A stretch of 64,000 nt of DNA, from assembly GCF_044704955.1 (NCBI RefSeq), contig NC_091990.1, positions 26,846,001 through 26,910,000 of the forward strand, read 5' to 3'. This stretch comes from Pristiophorus japonicus. Taxonomy: Eukaryota. This document shows, one piece after another, positions 12,246 to 23,907 of this stretch; within the stretch, counting starts at the first letter, position 1, and the number at the start of each line of letters is the position of its first letter. The translations under genes were made by a program, and so were the position numbers. The notes under the pieces were generated by a model, which was not told the DNA's origin, ran no database searches, and was given only the letters and a program-made list of their open reading frames with translations.

Positions 12246-12764
12246 CTGCAAAAGACAAGAGCACGAATAAGGTCAAATCCCAATCTCAGCAGACAACACG
12301 GCCAGCAGCAAAGTGCAAAAAAAACACAAGCACAGGAAGCATGGCGTGTCCGCCAGCCGCTGGTATCGAAAGGATTAGTGTTTCAGGTGGCAGCCTGCCT
12401 CATCACTCGGAAACATTAACCTGCCTAATCTCCATCACACGCTGCGGATTTGCTTTGTGTTTCCAGCACGTTCTGCGTTTAGAGCCATTTTAGCTGCTTC
12501 CCGCTGTCTGATCCTCAGATGCACGACCCCAACCCCTCACCTCAATCCTCGGTTGGATCAGACGTCACACAAAAGAAAGGCTCCGATCCGGGGAAACTGG
12601 CAGGTTCGATCTGCCTGCCATGCCCCTGCCAGCCGAGCAAAGCAGCTCGATCCCTGCCTGAAAGTGCTGGAAATCTCCTTGAAGAATCAGGGGAAACTGA
12701 GAAACCAATCGAGGATTCTGAAGTGCGGGAAATAATCACACCCTTTATTATTCCAAAAGTAGAA

Positions 12765-13250
12765 AAGACCCCTGACTGCGAACCCCAGAATTAGGACCCC
12801 CAGACTACTGACCCCCAGACTGTGGACCCCCAGACTGAGGACCCCCAGACTGCGGATCCCAGACTGCAGACCCCCAGGCTGCGGATCCCAGACTGCGGAC
12901 CCCAGATTGTGGACCTCCAGATTGTGGACCTCCAGACCTCCAGACCCCCAGACTGCGGACCCCAGACTCCAGACCACCAGACTCCAGACCCCCAGACTGC
13001 GGACCCCTGACTCCAGACCCCAAGACTGAGGAACCCTGACTGTGGACCCCCTAACTGAAGACCCCTGACTGCGGACCCCAGACTGAGACCCCCAGACTGA
13101 GGATCCTAAACTGTGGACCCACAAACTGAGGACCCCTGACTGCGAACCCCCAGACTCCAGAGCCCCAGACTGAAGACCCCAGACTGCGGATCCCTGACTG
13201 CAGACCCCCTGACTGAGGAGCCAAGACTGCGGACCCCCTGACTGAGGAAC
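12765..13250. repeat. ~15-bp degenerate tandem repeat (gacccccagactgcg)n in the NR0B2 intron
   Basis: Visible tandem variants of gacccccagact(g/c)nn. Confidence 0.85.
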
Positions 13251-13415
13251 TCTCGCTGGTGCTCAAACTGCTGCTGACATGTTGCTGTCACGGTAGAATT
13301 ATTGTTGGTCTCTCAGGTCTAAGGGGTAATTTGTGATACTCTGTGTAAATATCGCACCATTATAATTGCTTTGCTTCATTACACACACTGGAGTAAAGAG
13401 AGGCGGTTTAGTTAC

Positions 13416-13956
13416 CAGGGTTGAAGAGGATCGCTCCTTTCAGGTACGCATAGCCCCTCGGGCTCAGGTCCAAGCCCCAGAACTTGCTCAGACACATTTT
13501 TATTCTCTGTACACCAGCGAGTGTTGGCTGCCTCTTCTCCTCTTCCTCTGTCCTGATCAGGCCTTGTCCGTTCAGCAAGATTCTCTTCAGCATGCTGTGG
13601 CCTGGGGTCTCTGTCACCTCGAAGCTCACTCTCTCCTGGGCCAATCCCAACAGAAACAACGGGGGCCAGCAGCTCTCCAGCAGCAGCAGCTGGTCTGTTC
13701 TGGGAAGGTGATGGAACGAAGGGAGGTTCCTCATAAAACTGACTGTCTTTACCAACACAGCAGATACCGCCTGACAGGTAACCTGTGGAGTCTTCAAGCA
13801 AACAGTCCGCCTGGCTTCGCAGGAACAGCTGTGATGCGTGAACTCGTAGCAGGCCTTGAGGTCTCCCCGCTGGCTCAGAATGGCGTATAAGATCGCACTC
13901 TGTCTCTCTCCAGAAGCACACCGACATTTATCGAGCAGAACATTGACGCAAGCCAT
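13416..13956 (-). CDS. NR0B2: Small heterodimer partner (SHP) nuclear receptor, coding exon 1
   Basis: ATG at 13956. Contains AILYAILS (NR box 1), C.C..RRTVCL..P..TC, VLVKTVSFMRNLPSFHHLP..DQLLLLESCW.PLFLLGLAQ, SMLKRILL (box 2) and YLKGAILFNP. No DNA-binding domain. Donor G|gtaac. Joined CDS is 783 nt (260 aa). Neighbouring GPATCH3 and NUDC favour NR0B2 over NR0B1. Confidence 0.95.
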
Positions 13957-14169
13957 AATCCCTTCACTGCCAAAAAACCCCAATCCGAATTTAGCACTGT
14001 GATGGCACACTGCACTGGTGTTAGCAGCTCACGGCAGCTTAAAGTTTTGATTTTAACTGGAAACAAAATTCCCGAACTCCTCACACTCCAAACAATTGTT
14101 GTGCAGGATTTGGCTGAGAGTGGCTACAGCTCTCAGTGCAACACAAGGGCACCAACTGAGCTAGTTACA

Positions 14170-14400
14170 CCTGAGTCTATTTATATTCAGTTTCATTCAG
14201 TGACTAAAAGCGACCTTGGCCCCAAGGAACAAGCAGCTTTCATTGAAAAACAAGCTGGCAATGACTAATTGGCCGAGAGACTTGTCCCTATGGTGCAGGT
14301 GAGTAGCTGATAAGGATTTTTTCAATGAAGCAGCAGGTCAGACAGATGGAAGTGGCTTATCTCGATTACCTGGTGTCATGTACACAGACTTTAAACCCAC
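14170..14400 (-). promoter_or_regulatory. NR0B2 core promoter: TATA box, NR5A (LRH-1/SF-1) site, HNF4/DR1-like site, GATA sites
   Basis: Minus-strand TATAAATA at 14178-14185, CCAAGGTCG at ~14211-14219 and GGGTTTAAAGTCT at 14386-14398. GATA motifs near 14308 and 14357. LRH-1 and HNF4 are established regulators of mammalian SHP. Confidence 0.6.
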
Positions 14401-14799
14401 CCTGTACCAGTGCACCAAGGACTGCAAGAGGCCATTCACAGAACACCAATCAGGCAAACTCTGCACATTCAGTTGCAGAAAGCGATGTCAGGCTTTCTAA
14501 TTAGATAAGGAATGTTTGCTGTACGCAGCCTTGAAGGAAATGAACTCGTAAACAATTCTACCTGATGCCAGATCACTGTACTGATAATAAAGCAACCTCT
14601 CTCTCACCAAATGTCCCAACCTGTTGTCAATCTCAACCAAACGCACTCGTAGCACCAATCCAATGGGTCCAGTGGCTGGGTGAGTGAATACACTGCCAGA
14701 ACTGGTGCTGAGCCGCACAGTCCAGAAGGTCCCAGGCCCAGCCCACGCTGTTAGCTGATCATTTATGAGGCAGCAATGGAGCTGCTATAATTAGTTTCA

Positions 14800-15203
14800 G
14801 TCATCATCATCATACCCAGTCCCTTGAAATCGAGGAAGACTTGCTTCCACTCAAAAAGTGAGGTGACTGAACAGTCCAATATGGGAATTACAGTCTCTGT
14901 CACAGTTAGAACAGACAGTCGGGGAGTCTGGTTTGCTGCACGCTCCTTCCGCTGCCTGCGCTTGCTTTCTGCATGCTCTCGGCGACGAGACTCGAGGTGC
15001 TCAGCGCCCTTCTGGATGCTCTTCCTCCACATAGGGCAGTCGTTGGCCAGGGACTCCCAGGTGTCAGTGGGGATATTGCATTTTATCAAGGAGGCTTTGA
15101 GGGTGTCCTTGAAATGTTTCCTCTGCCCACCTGGGGCTCGCTTGCCGTGTAGGAGTTCTGAGTAGAGCGCTGGCTTTGGGAGTCTTGTGTCAGGCATGCG
15201 AAC
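14800..15203 (-). mobile_element. RTE LINE 3' end (split by LTR element A; continues at 19175-19780)
   Basis: MPDTRLPKPALYSELLHGKRAPGGQRK.. plus a (CAT)n tail. The sequence rejoins across the LTR element. Confidence 0.88.
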
Positions 15204-15405
15204 TATTGTGTTCCTAACACAGATGAGACTGCACACAGGGAGGTTAAAGTAACAGTGACCTCAGTCTTTATTAAGACACTCCAGAGTGAGGAACAGGCCA
15301 GCTTATATACAGTGCTCCCAAGGGATGCTAGGATCCCTTGGGACTTCAGGGGATCTGCTCCCTGGTGGCGGAACATGGGAATGCATGCTTTACAGATACA
15401 CAACA
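15204..15405 (-). repeat. 3' LTR of element A
   Basis: Direct repeat of 18964-19174 with a 9-bp deletion and about 6 substitutions (counted by eye). Confidence 0.93.
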
Positions 15406-18400
15406 TCACTCCCCCCCCAAAGTCAAAGTGAAAACTATTTACAAGGTGGGGCGGTCGGGAGCCTTTCTTTCCCTGGTGGACCACCTCGGTACAAATGTCT
15501 GTTCTGGTGTGGCGTGTTGTTGGCCCTGCAGGGCTGCTGGGTGAGCCTGGCCTTGCTGGGCTGTTGGGCGTGATGGGTTCGATTTCCTGGTCCGGGGTGG
15601 TGTCGTTGATCCTTTGGGTGTGTGTTGTGGGCTTGAAAAAGGTGGTGTCTGCTGTGGGTTGTTCAGGGCAGTCTGTGAACCGCAGACTCATTTGGTCCAG
15701 GTGCTTTCTGCAAATTTGTCCATTGTCTAGTTTGACTACAAACATCCTACTTCCTTCTTTAGCTATCACCGTGCCCGTGATCCACTTGGGACCATGTCCA
15801 TAGTTTAGCACATACACAGGGTCATTCAGATCAATTTCCCGTGACACAGTGGCGCGACCATCGTTTACATTTTGTTGCTGCCGCCTGCTCTCTACCTGAT
15901 CATGCAGGTTAGGGTGAACCAGCGAGAGTCTGGTTTTCATTGTCCTTTTCATGAGTAGCTCAGCCGGGGGCACCCCTGTGAGCGAGTGGGGTCTTGTGCG
16001 GTAGCTGAGCAGTACTCGGGACAGGCGGGTTTGAAGTGAGCCTTCTGTGACTCGTTTAAAGCTCTGTTTGATTGTTTGTACTGCCCGCTCTGCCTGCCCA
16101 TTGGATGCTGGTTTAAACGGGGCTGAGGTGACATGTTTGTTCCCATTGCGGGTCATGAATTCTTTAAATTCAGCACTGGTGAAACATGGCCCATTGTCAC
16201 TGACCAGTATGTTAGGCAGGCCGTGGGTGCCAAACATGGCCCTCAGGCTTTCAAGGGTGGCGGTGGCGGTGCTTCCCGACATTATTTCACATTCAATCCA
16301 TTTTGAAAAAGCATCCACCACCAACAGGAACATTTTACCGAGAAACGGGCCTGCATAGTCGACATGGATCCTCGACCATGGTCTGGAGGGCCAGGACCAC
16401 AAACTTAGTGGTGTCTCTCTGGGCGCGTTGCTCAACTGAGCACACACGCGGCATTGCCGTACACAGGACTCTAAGTCAGAGTCGATACCGGGCCACCACA
16501 CATGGGATCTGGCTATCGCTTTCATCATTACTATACCCAAGATGAACGTCTCCCTGCCCTTTTTGGGTAGCACTACGCGGTTACCCCACAACAGGCAGTC
16601 TGCTTGAATGGACAGCTCGTCCTTTCGCTGCTGGAATGGCTTGATTAGCTCTTGCATTTCAATGGGGATGCTGGCCCAGCTCCCATGCAATACACAGTTT
16701 TTTTTTACTAGGGACAGCAGAGGATCTTGGCTGGTCCAAGTCCTAATCTGGCGGGCCGTGACAGATGATTTATCATTTTCAAACGCTTCCATGACCATCA
16801 ACAAGTCTGCGGGCTGCGCCACCATCAACAAGTCTGCAGGCTGTGCCATTTCCACCCCCGTGGTGGCAATGGTAGCCGACTGAGAGCATCCGCACAGTTC
16901 TCGGTGCCTGGCCTGTGGCGGATGGTATAGTTATACGCTGATAGCTCGAGTGCCCACCTTTGTATGCGGGCTGAGGCATTAGTATTTATCCCCTTGTTTT
17001 CAGCGAACAGGGATGTGAGGAGCTTGTGATCGGTTTCCAGCTCAAATTTGAGGCCAAACAGGTACTGATGCATTTTCTTTACCCCGAACACACACGCTAA
17101 TGCCTCTTTCTCAATCATGCTGTAGGCCCTCTCGGCCTTAGACAAGCTCCTGGAGGCATAGGCGACAGGTTGCAACTTCCCCGCAATGATAGCTTGTTGT
17201 AAAACACACCTGACTCCGTACGACGACGCATCACATGCTAGCAGAAATCTTTTACACGGGTTATACAATACGAGCAGCTTGTTGGAGCATAAAATGTTTC
17301 TGGCTTTCTCAAAAGCAATTACTTGGTTTTTTCCCCATATCCAGTTCTCATCTGTAGCGAGAAACGATTAATAGTTATTTTATAATCGCCGCAAATCATG
17401 ACCGTGCCATCAATTTTGAGTACTGGAACAATCGGGCTGGCCCACTCGCTGAATTCCACTGGGGAGATGATGTTGCAGCCTGTCCAGTTAGATTTCCACT
17501 CTCTCCTTCATCATGTGAGATACCGTATGCGCCTTGTGGTGAATGGGTCGTGCCTCTGGGACCAAGTGGATCTGCACCTTCGCCCCAGAAAAGTTTCCAA
17601 TGCCTGGCTCAAAAAGGGAAGGAAATTTGTTAAGAACCTGAGTACATGAGGCCTCATCGCCATGTGATAGAGCTCGGATGTCATCCCAGTTCCAGTGGAT
17701 TTTGCCCAGCCAGCTCCTTCCAGCAGTGTGGGACCATCGCCCGGGACAATCCAGAGTGGTAGTTCGTGCACCATGCCCTCATAGGTGACCTTGACCATGG
17801 CGCTGCCCAGGACAGTGATGAGCTCTTTGGTGTACGTTCTCAGTTTCATGTGGATGGGGCTCAGGGCAGGTCTGAGTGCCTTGTTGCAGCACAGTCTCTC
17901 AAACATCTTTTTACTCATGATGGATTGGCTAGCGCCAGTGTCCAGTTCCATGGCTACGGGTAAGCCATTGAATTTTACATTTAGCATTATAGGTGGACAT
18001 TTTGTCGAAAATGTGTGCACCCCATGTACTTCAGCATCTGCCTCCTCTCTCTGAGGCTCGAAATTGCTTTGATCCACCATGGACTGATCTTCCTCTGCCA
18101 CGTGGTGGTTAGCAGGTTTTGCAGAGCTTGCAGCGCGTCTGCAAGCTCATTGGAGGTGCCCCATTGTTCCACAGCTCTTGCAAACACACCCTTTGAAGTG
18201 GCATGAATAGGCTGAATGGAAGCCTCCACAATGCCAACAAGGTGTGAATTGCCTTGCATTCATCCTTTGTTGCAGACTCTGAGTCATCTGGGTCACCTGA
18301 GGCCTGCTGGCAGTTGCCGACTTGTGGTTTCTGCCCTGTACATTTCTGCTCGCAAACACAGTTCCAGTTAATTTATGAACATTGCTGGCACTTGTGTGAT

Positions 18401-18963
18401 AAGAGATTTGTTTGGTGTTATCACTGGTGGACATAAACGCCTATGATATCACAATGGCCTTACTGAGGGTCGGTATCTCTACATTCAAAAGTTTTCATAG
18501 GATGGTCTTGTGACCAATGCCCAGTGCAAAATAAGTCTCTGAGCATCTGCTCCAGGTAGCCATCAAACTCACATTGTCCTGCAAGTCGCCTTAGCTCGGT
18601 GACGTAGCTCGCCACTTCCTTACCTTCAGATCGCTGGCACATGTAGAACCGATACCTCGCCATCAGCACGCTCTCCCTCAGGTTAAGATGCTCCCGAGCC
18701 AGTGTACACAGCTCCTCATACGACTTATCTGTGGGTTTCACTGGAGCCAGAAGATTCTTCATGAGGCTAAAGGTCGGTGCCCCGCAGACCGTGAGGAGGA
18801 CCGCTCTCCTTTTTGCAGCGCTTCCTTCTCTGTCCAGCTCATTGGCTACAAAGTACTGGTCTAGCCATTCAACATAGGCTTCCCAGGCCTCACCCTCCGA
18901 GAACTTCTCCAGGATGTCCAGTTTGCTCCATCTTTGCGTTGGATTCATATACTCGGCGCCAGT

Positions 18964-19174
18964 TATTGTGTTCCTAACACAGATGAGGCTGCACACAGGG
19001 AGGTTAAAGTAACAGTGACCTCAGTCTTTATTAAGACACTCCAGAGTGAGGAACAGGCCTTAGGGGCCGGCTTATATACAGTGCTCCCAAGGAATGCTGG
19101 GATCCCTTGGGACTTCAGGGGATGTGCTCCCTGGTGGCGGAACATGGGAGTGCATGCTTTACAGATACACAACA
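18964..19174 (-). repeat. 5' LTR of element A
   Basis: Minus strand runs TGTTGTGT...ACACAATA, contains TATATAAG and AATAAA, and is followed by the PBS. Confidence 0.93.
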
Positions 19175-19780
19175 CGAACAATGTGGCCTGCCCAACGGAG
19201 CTGGTCGAGCGTGGTCAGTGCTTCGATGCTGGGGATGTTGGCCTGATCAAGAACACTGATATTGGTGCATCATTCCTCCCAGGTAATTTGCAGGATCTTG
19301 CGGAGGCATCGTTGGTGGTATTTCTCCAGCGATTTGAGGTGTCTACTGTATATGGTCCACAGCTCTGAGCCATACAGGAGGGCAGGTATCACTGCAGCCC
19401 TGTAGACCATGAGCTTGATGCCAGATTTGATTGCCTGATCTTTGAAAACTCTCTTCCTCAGGCGGCCGAAGGCTGGGCTGATGCACTGGAAGCGGTGTTG
19501 AACCTTGTCGTCAATGTCTGCCCTTGCTGATAAGAGGCTCCCGAGGTATGGAAAGTGGCCCACGTTTTCCAGGGCCGCGCCGTGGATCTTGATGACTAGG
19601 GGGCAGTGCTGTGTGGCGGAATAAGGTTGGTGGAGGACATTTGTCTTACAGATGTTTAGTGTAAGGTCCATGCTTTCGTACGCCTCAGTGAAGATGTTGA
19701 CTATGACTTGGAGTTCAGTCTCTGAGTGTGCGCAGACGCAAGCGTCGTCCGCGTATTGTAGCTCGACAACAGAGGATAGG
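19175..19780 (-). mobile_element. RTE LINE RT fragment (5' part of the split RTE)
   Basis: VELQYADDACV and LTLNICKTNVL..FPYLGSLLS..VYRAAVIPALLYGSE motifs. Confidence 0.88.
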
Positions 19781-19794
19781 ATGCTACCCCTATG

Positions 19795-21110
19795 CTAGCA
19801 CTAAATATATTCAAAAGGGAGTTAGATGAAGTCCTTACTACTAGGGGGATCAAGGGGTATGGCGAGAAAGCAGGAAGGAGGTACTGAGGTTGCATGTTCA
19901 GCCATGAACTCATTGAATGGCGGTGCAGGCTAGAAGGGCCGAATGGCTTACTCCTGCACCTATTTTCTATGTTTCTATGTTTCTAAAGGAGACAAACTGG
20001 GTTTACAGCTGATCACTTTCAAGGCAGATCAATAGGTTTTTTGTTAGGTAAGGGTATCAAGGGATATGGGGCAAAGGTAGGTAAATGGAGATGAGGTACA
20101 GATCAGCCATGATTTAATAGAATGGCAGAACAGATTCGAGGGGCTGAATGGCCTTCTATTCCTATGTTCCTAACCCATACTATTTACAATATACATTAAT
20201 GATTTGGATGAAGGAATTGAGTGTAATATCTCCAAGTTTGCAGATGACGCTAAGCTGGGTGGCGGTGTGAGCTGTGAGGAGGATGCTAAGAGGCTGCAGG
20301 GTGACTTGGTTTGCTCTTAGTTAGGAACGAGTACAGACCATACAGAGTACTTAAGAAAGTGGCCCTAAGGTTAGGTGAGTGGGCAAATGCATGGCAGATG
20401 CAGTATAATATGGATAAATGTGAGGTTATCCACTTTGGTGGCAAAAACAGGAAGACAGAATATTTTCTGAATGGTGACAGATTAGGAAAAGGGGAGGTGC
20501 AACGAGACCTGGGTGTCATGGTACATCAGTCATTGAAGGTTGGCATGCAGGTACAGCAGGCGGTGAAGAAGGCAAATAGCATGTTGGCCTTCATAGCTAG
20601 AGGATGAGAGTATAGGAGCAGTTGTACAGAGCCTTGGTGAGGCCACACCTAGAATATTATGTTCTGTTTTGGTCTGAGGAGGAGGTTGGGCCTGTACTCA
20701 TTGGAATTCAGAAGAATGAGAGGTGATCTTATCGAAATGTATAAGATTATGAGGGGGCTTGACAAGGTGGATGCAGGGAGGATGTTTCCACTGATAGGGG
20801 AGACTAGAACTAGAGGGCATAATCTTAGAATAAGGGGCCGCCCATTTAAAACTGAGGAAAATTTCTTCTCTCAGAGGGTTGTAAATCTGTGGAATTCACT
20901 GCCTCAGAGAGCTGTGGAAGCTGGGACATTGAATAAATTTAAGACAGAAATAGACAGTTTCTTAAATGATAAGGGAATAAGGGGTTATGGGGAGCGGGCA
21001 GGGAAGTGGACCTGAGTCCATGATCGGATCAGCCATGATTGTATTAAATGACGGAGCAGGCTCGAAGGGCCATATGGCCTACTCCTGCTGCTATTTCTTA
21101 TGTTCTTATG
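19795..21110 (+). mobile_element. Cluster of CR1 LINE 3' fragments
   Basis: FADD..LG, WANAWQMQYNMDKCEVIHFG, LYSLEFRRMRGDLIE..RTRGH..FFSQRVVNLWNSLP, plus (ttctatgt)n tails. Confidence 0.88.
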
Positions 21111-21539
21111 AACCCATAACCTTCTGACTCGGAGGCGAGAGTGTGACCCACTGAACTACGGCTGACACCTACAATCCCCATCTGTCTGGCACTTAATGCT
21201 CTGTTAATTGTAGTATGATGTCGATGGTTAGAGAGGAGCGAGGGGTAAGACTGAAACATCTCTTCAGAAAGGAACCCGTACACGACCCTTCATGTAGATT
21301 GTCAGCTTTATGCTGCTCATTCCCTGATACAGTCCTGCTGAATAACTCCTCCATAGCAGCTGCTGCATCACCACTTGTAGTTCATGTCAAAACAAATCAG
21401 GTTACAGTGCATAGCCTACACTGCAGGATATCAGCAAGCTTATAATGTCGGGCATGAGTTAAATCAGGAATAGTGGTTTGAAAAGCCTGCAGATTATAGA
21501 AGGAAAGACCGAGGGAGGTGATGAAGCGCATAGAGTTCC

Positions 21540-21957
21540 TGTGTTACTTATAATTACAGATAATTACAAAGTATTTAGAGCACAGAAACAGGCCATTTGG
21601 TCCAACTGGTCTTTGCTGGTGGTTATGCTCCCTCCCTTCTTCATTTAACCACGTCAACATATCCTTCTATTCCATTTTCCCTCATGTACTTATCTATCTT
21701 CCCCTTGGATGCCTCTATATTATTCGCCTCAACTACTCCTTGTGGTAGCAAGTTCCACATTCTAACCACTTTCTGGGAATAGACGTTTCTCCTGAATTCC
21801 CTATTGGATTTATTAGTGACTAACTTATATTTATGGCCCCTATCTCTGGTCTCGCCCGCAAGTAGAAAATCTTCTCTACATCTACCCGATCAAACCCTCC
21901 AGCAGGTCATCCCTCAGTCAAAGAGCCCCAACCTGTTCAATCGTTCCTGATGGGTAT
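21540..21957 (-). mobile_element. CR1 LINE 3' end interrupted by LTR element B (resumes at ~26701-26770)
   Basis: CR1 tail sequence; the flanks rejoin across TSD GGTAT. Confidence 0.7.
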
Positions 21958-22205
21958 TGTCATGTATGTAACCACAATGCAACACCACTGTATTACTGTA
22001 TACACTCAACCTAGATGCACACCGTGACCACAAGGGGTGAACTTGTGGGAGACACTCCTTACCTGATCACACAGGTATAAAAAGAGAGGTCCCATGCAGG
22101 GTCATCGTCTTCGGAGTCCTGTGAATATAGAGTTAAGGTCATAGAGTGACCTTGTCCCCAGAATGTGCCTCGTGTGGTTTCATACTGTAGAATAAGGACT
22201 TTACA
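21958..22205 (+). repeat. 5' LTR of element B
   Basis: TGTCATG...TTTACA, with TATAAAA at ~22076. Confidence 0.93.
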
Positions 22206-23907
22206 TTGGGGACGAGAAACAGGAATTCACGACCCACGAGAATGGCCACCGGTAGCACAGAGGAACGGTACTGTGTTGGGGAAGACTGGGACGATTTTGT
22301 CGAGAGGCTTCAGCAAAGCTTCGTTACGAAAGAATGGCTGGGGGATGCAGCGGCCGACAAGCGAAGGGCTCATCTTTTGACCAGCTGCGAACCAAAGACT
22401 TACGCGCTCATGAAGGACTGACTAGCACCCGAAAAGCTGGCGGACAAAATGTTTGAAGAACTTAGCAAATTGATCGGGTAGCACCTCAAACCGGTGAGTA
22501 GCATACATATGGCCCGACACAGATTCTACACCCACTGACGTCGTGAAGGACAGAGCATACCGGACTTCGTAGCGGACCTCCTGCGTTTGTCCAGCCTCTG
22601 TAAGTTCACAGGTGCCTGCAGGGGGGAGATGCTAAGGGACTTCTTTATCGAGGGCATTGGTCATGCAGGAATTTTACGCAAATTAATTGAGACCAAGGAT
22701 TTGACCTTGGAAGCGGCGGCGTTGATAGCTCAAACTTTCATGGCGGGGGAGGACGAGATGAAAATAATATACGCGCGCAATTCTGCCTCTAACGCGGCGA
22801 TGGATCAGGGAGTCAACATCATCAGTGCGACTCAGAGCCCCGCAGGCAGGCAGGGGCAGTCCGACACTCCCCAGGCAGCAATAGACCCCAGAGTAGGACT
22901 TCAACAGAGACAATGGAAGGCTGAATGGACATTCACGCCTTCACAGTGGACAATGCGGCCCGGGATGGGGCCATTGACACCCACCAATAGGGTACGTAAG
23001 AGCAGTCAAAGGGACAGTCAGCGCGAAATGCCTGGATATAGTCCCTTTGTTCCCAACAATGGAAACTTTAACTCATGCTGGAGGTATGGGGGAAAACACT
23101 CAGCTAGATCTTGCAGATTTCAACAGTTTGTCTGCAGGAGCTGCAATCTCAGTGGCCTCTTAGCTCGAATGTGCAGGAAGTCTGCAACCAGACTAATATA
23201 AGAGGCGGATGGATCAGAAGAGGGTTCTTTGAGGCAGGATGACTTTTGGGGCAAATTGATGGACGCCGAGGTTCAGCGGGTCCATGCGGCGAATATTCAC
23301 AGTTCATACACCAAAACGCCACCAATGATGATGAGGGTTTTATTAAACCCTGTACGCTGGCCCCAGTACGCATGGAGCTGGACACTGGGGCCAGCCAGTC
23401 ACTCATGGGCGTTCAGCAATTTGAAAAGCTATGGCCACTTAAAGCTAGTAGACCCAAATTAGCACGTATTGAGACATAATTACGGACTTACACTAAAGAA
23501 ATCATTCCGGTGCTAGGCAGTGCGATGTTGGCTGTCACACAGAATGGGTTAGTGAATCGGCTGCTGCTCTGGATTGTCCCGGGCAATGGTCCCGCACTGT
23601 TGGGGAGGAGCTGGTTAGCCGAGATGAACTGGAAATGGGGGGATGTTCACGCAATGTCATCTGAGAAGTGAAGTTCGTGCTCACAAGTCCTACAACAATT
23701 CGATTCACTATTCCAACCTGGTGTTGGGACTTTCAAAGGCACTAAAGCAGTGATACACATCACCCCGGACGCCAGGCCAGTGCACCACAAAGCCAGAGCG
23801 GTGCCGTATGTGATGCGGGAAAAGATCGAGAGCGAACTGGACTGCCTGTTGAGAGAGGGCATCATCTCGCCTGTTGAATTCAGCGACTGGGCGAGCCCGT
23901 CCTAAAA

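Larger units (their letters stand above)
15204..19174 (-). mobile_element. Gypsy (Mag-like) LTR retrotransposon A, non-autonomous with RT core deleted
   Basis: LTRs at 18964-19174 (5') and 15204-15405 (3'). TSD CGAAC at 15199-15203 and 19175-19179. PBS AC-TGGCGCCGAG and PPT GGGGGGGGAGTGA. Encodes gag with twin CCHC-like knuckles, protease LDTGAS, RNase H (CDAS..IEKEALA..TDHK) and integrase (HVDYAGP..SDNGP..SNGQAER). Confidence 0.95.

Noticed and set aside
14695-14765. tRNA-like head upstream of NR0B2
   Set aside because: It is a short, degraded SINE-like (LF-SINE-like) fragment with no complete cloverleaf, so not a tRNA gene.
15203-16855. 550-aa integrase ORF as a domesticated gene
   Set aside because: It lies inside an LTR-bounded element with TSDs, lacks part of the HHCC motif, and runs out of frame into the 3' LTR.
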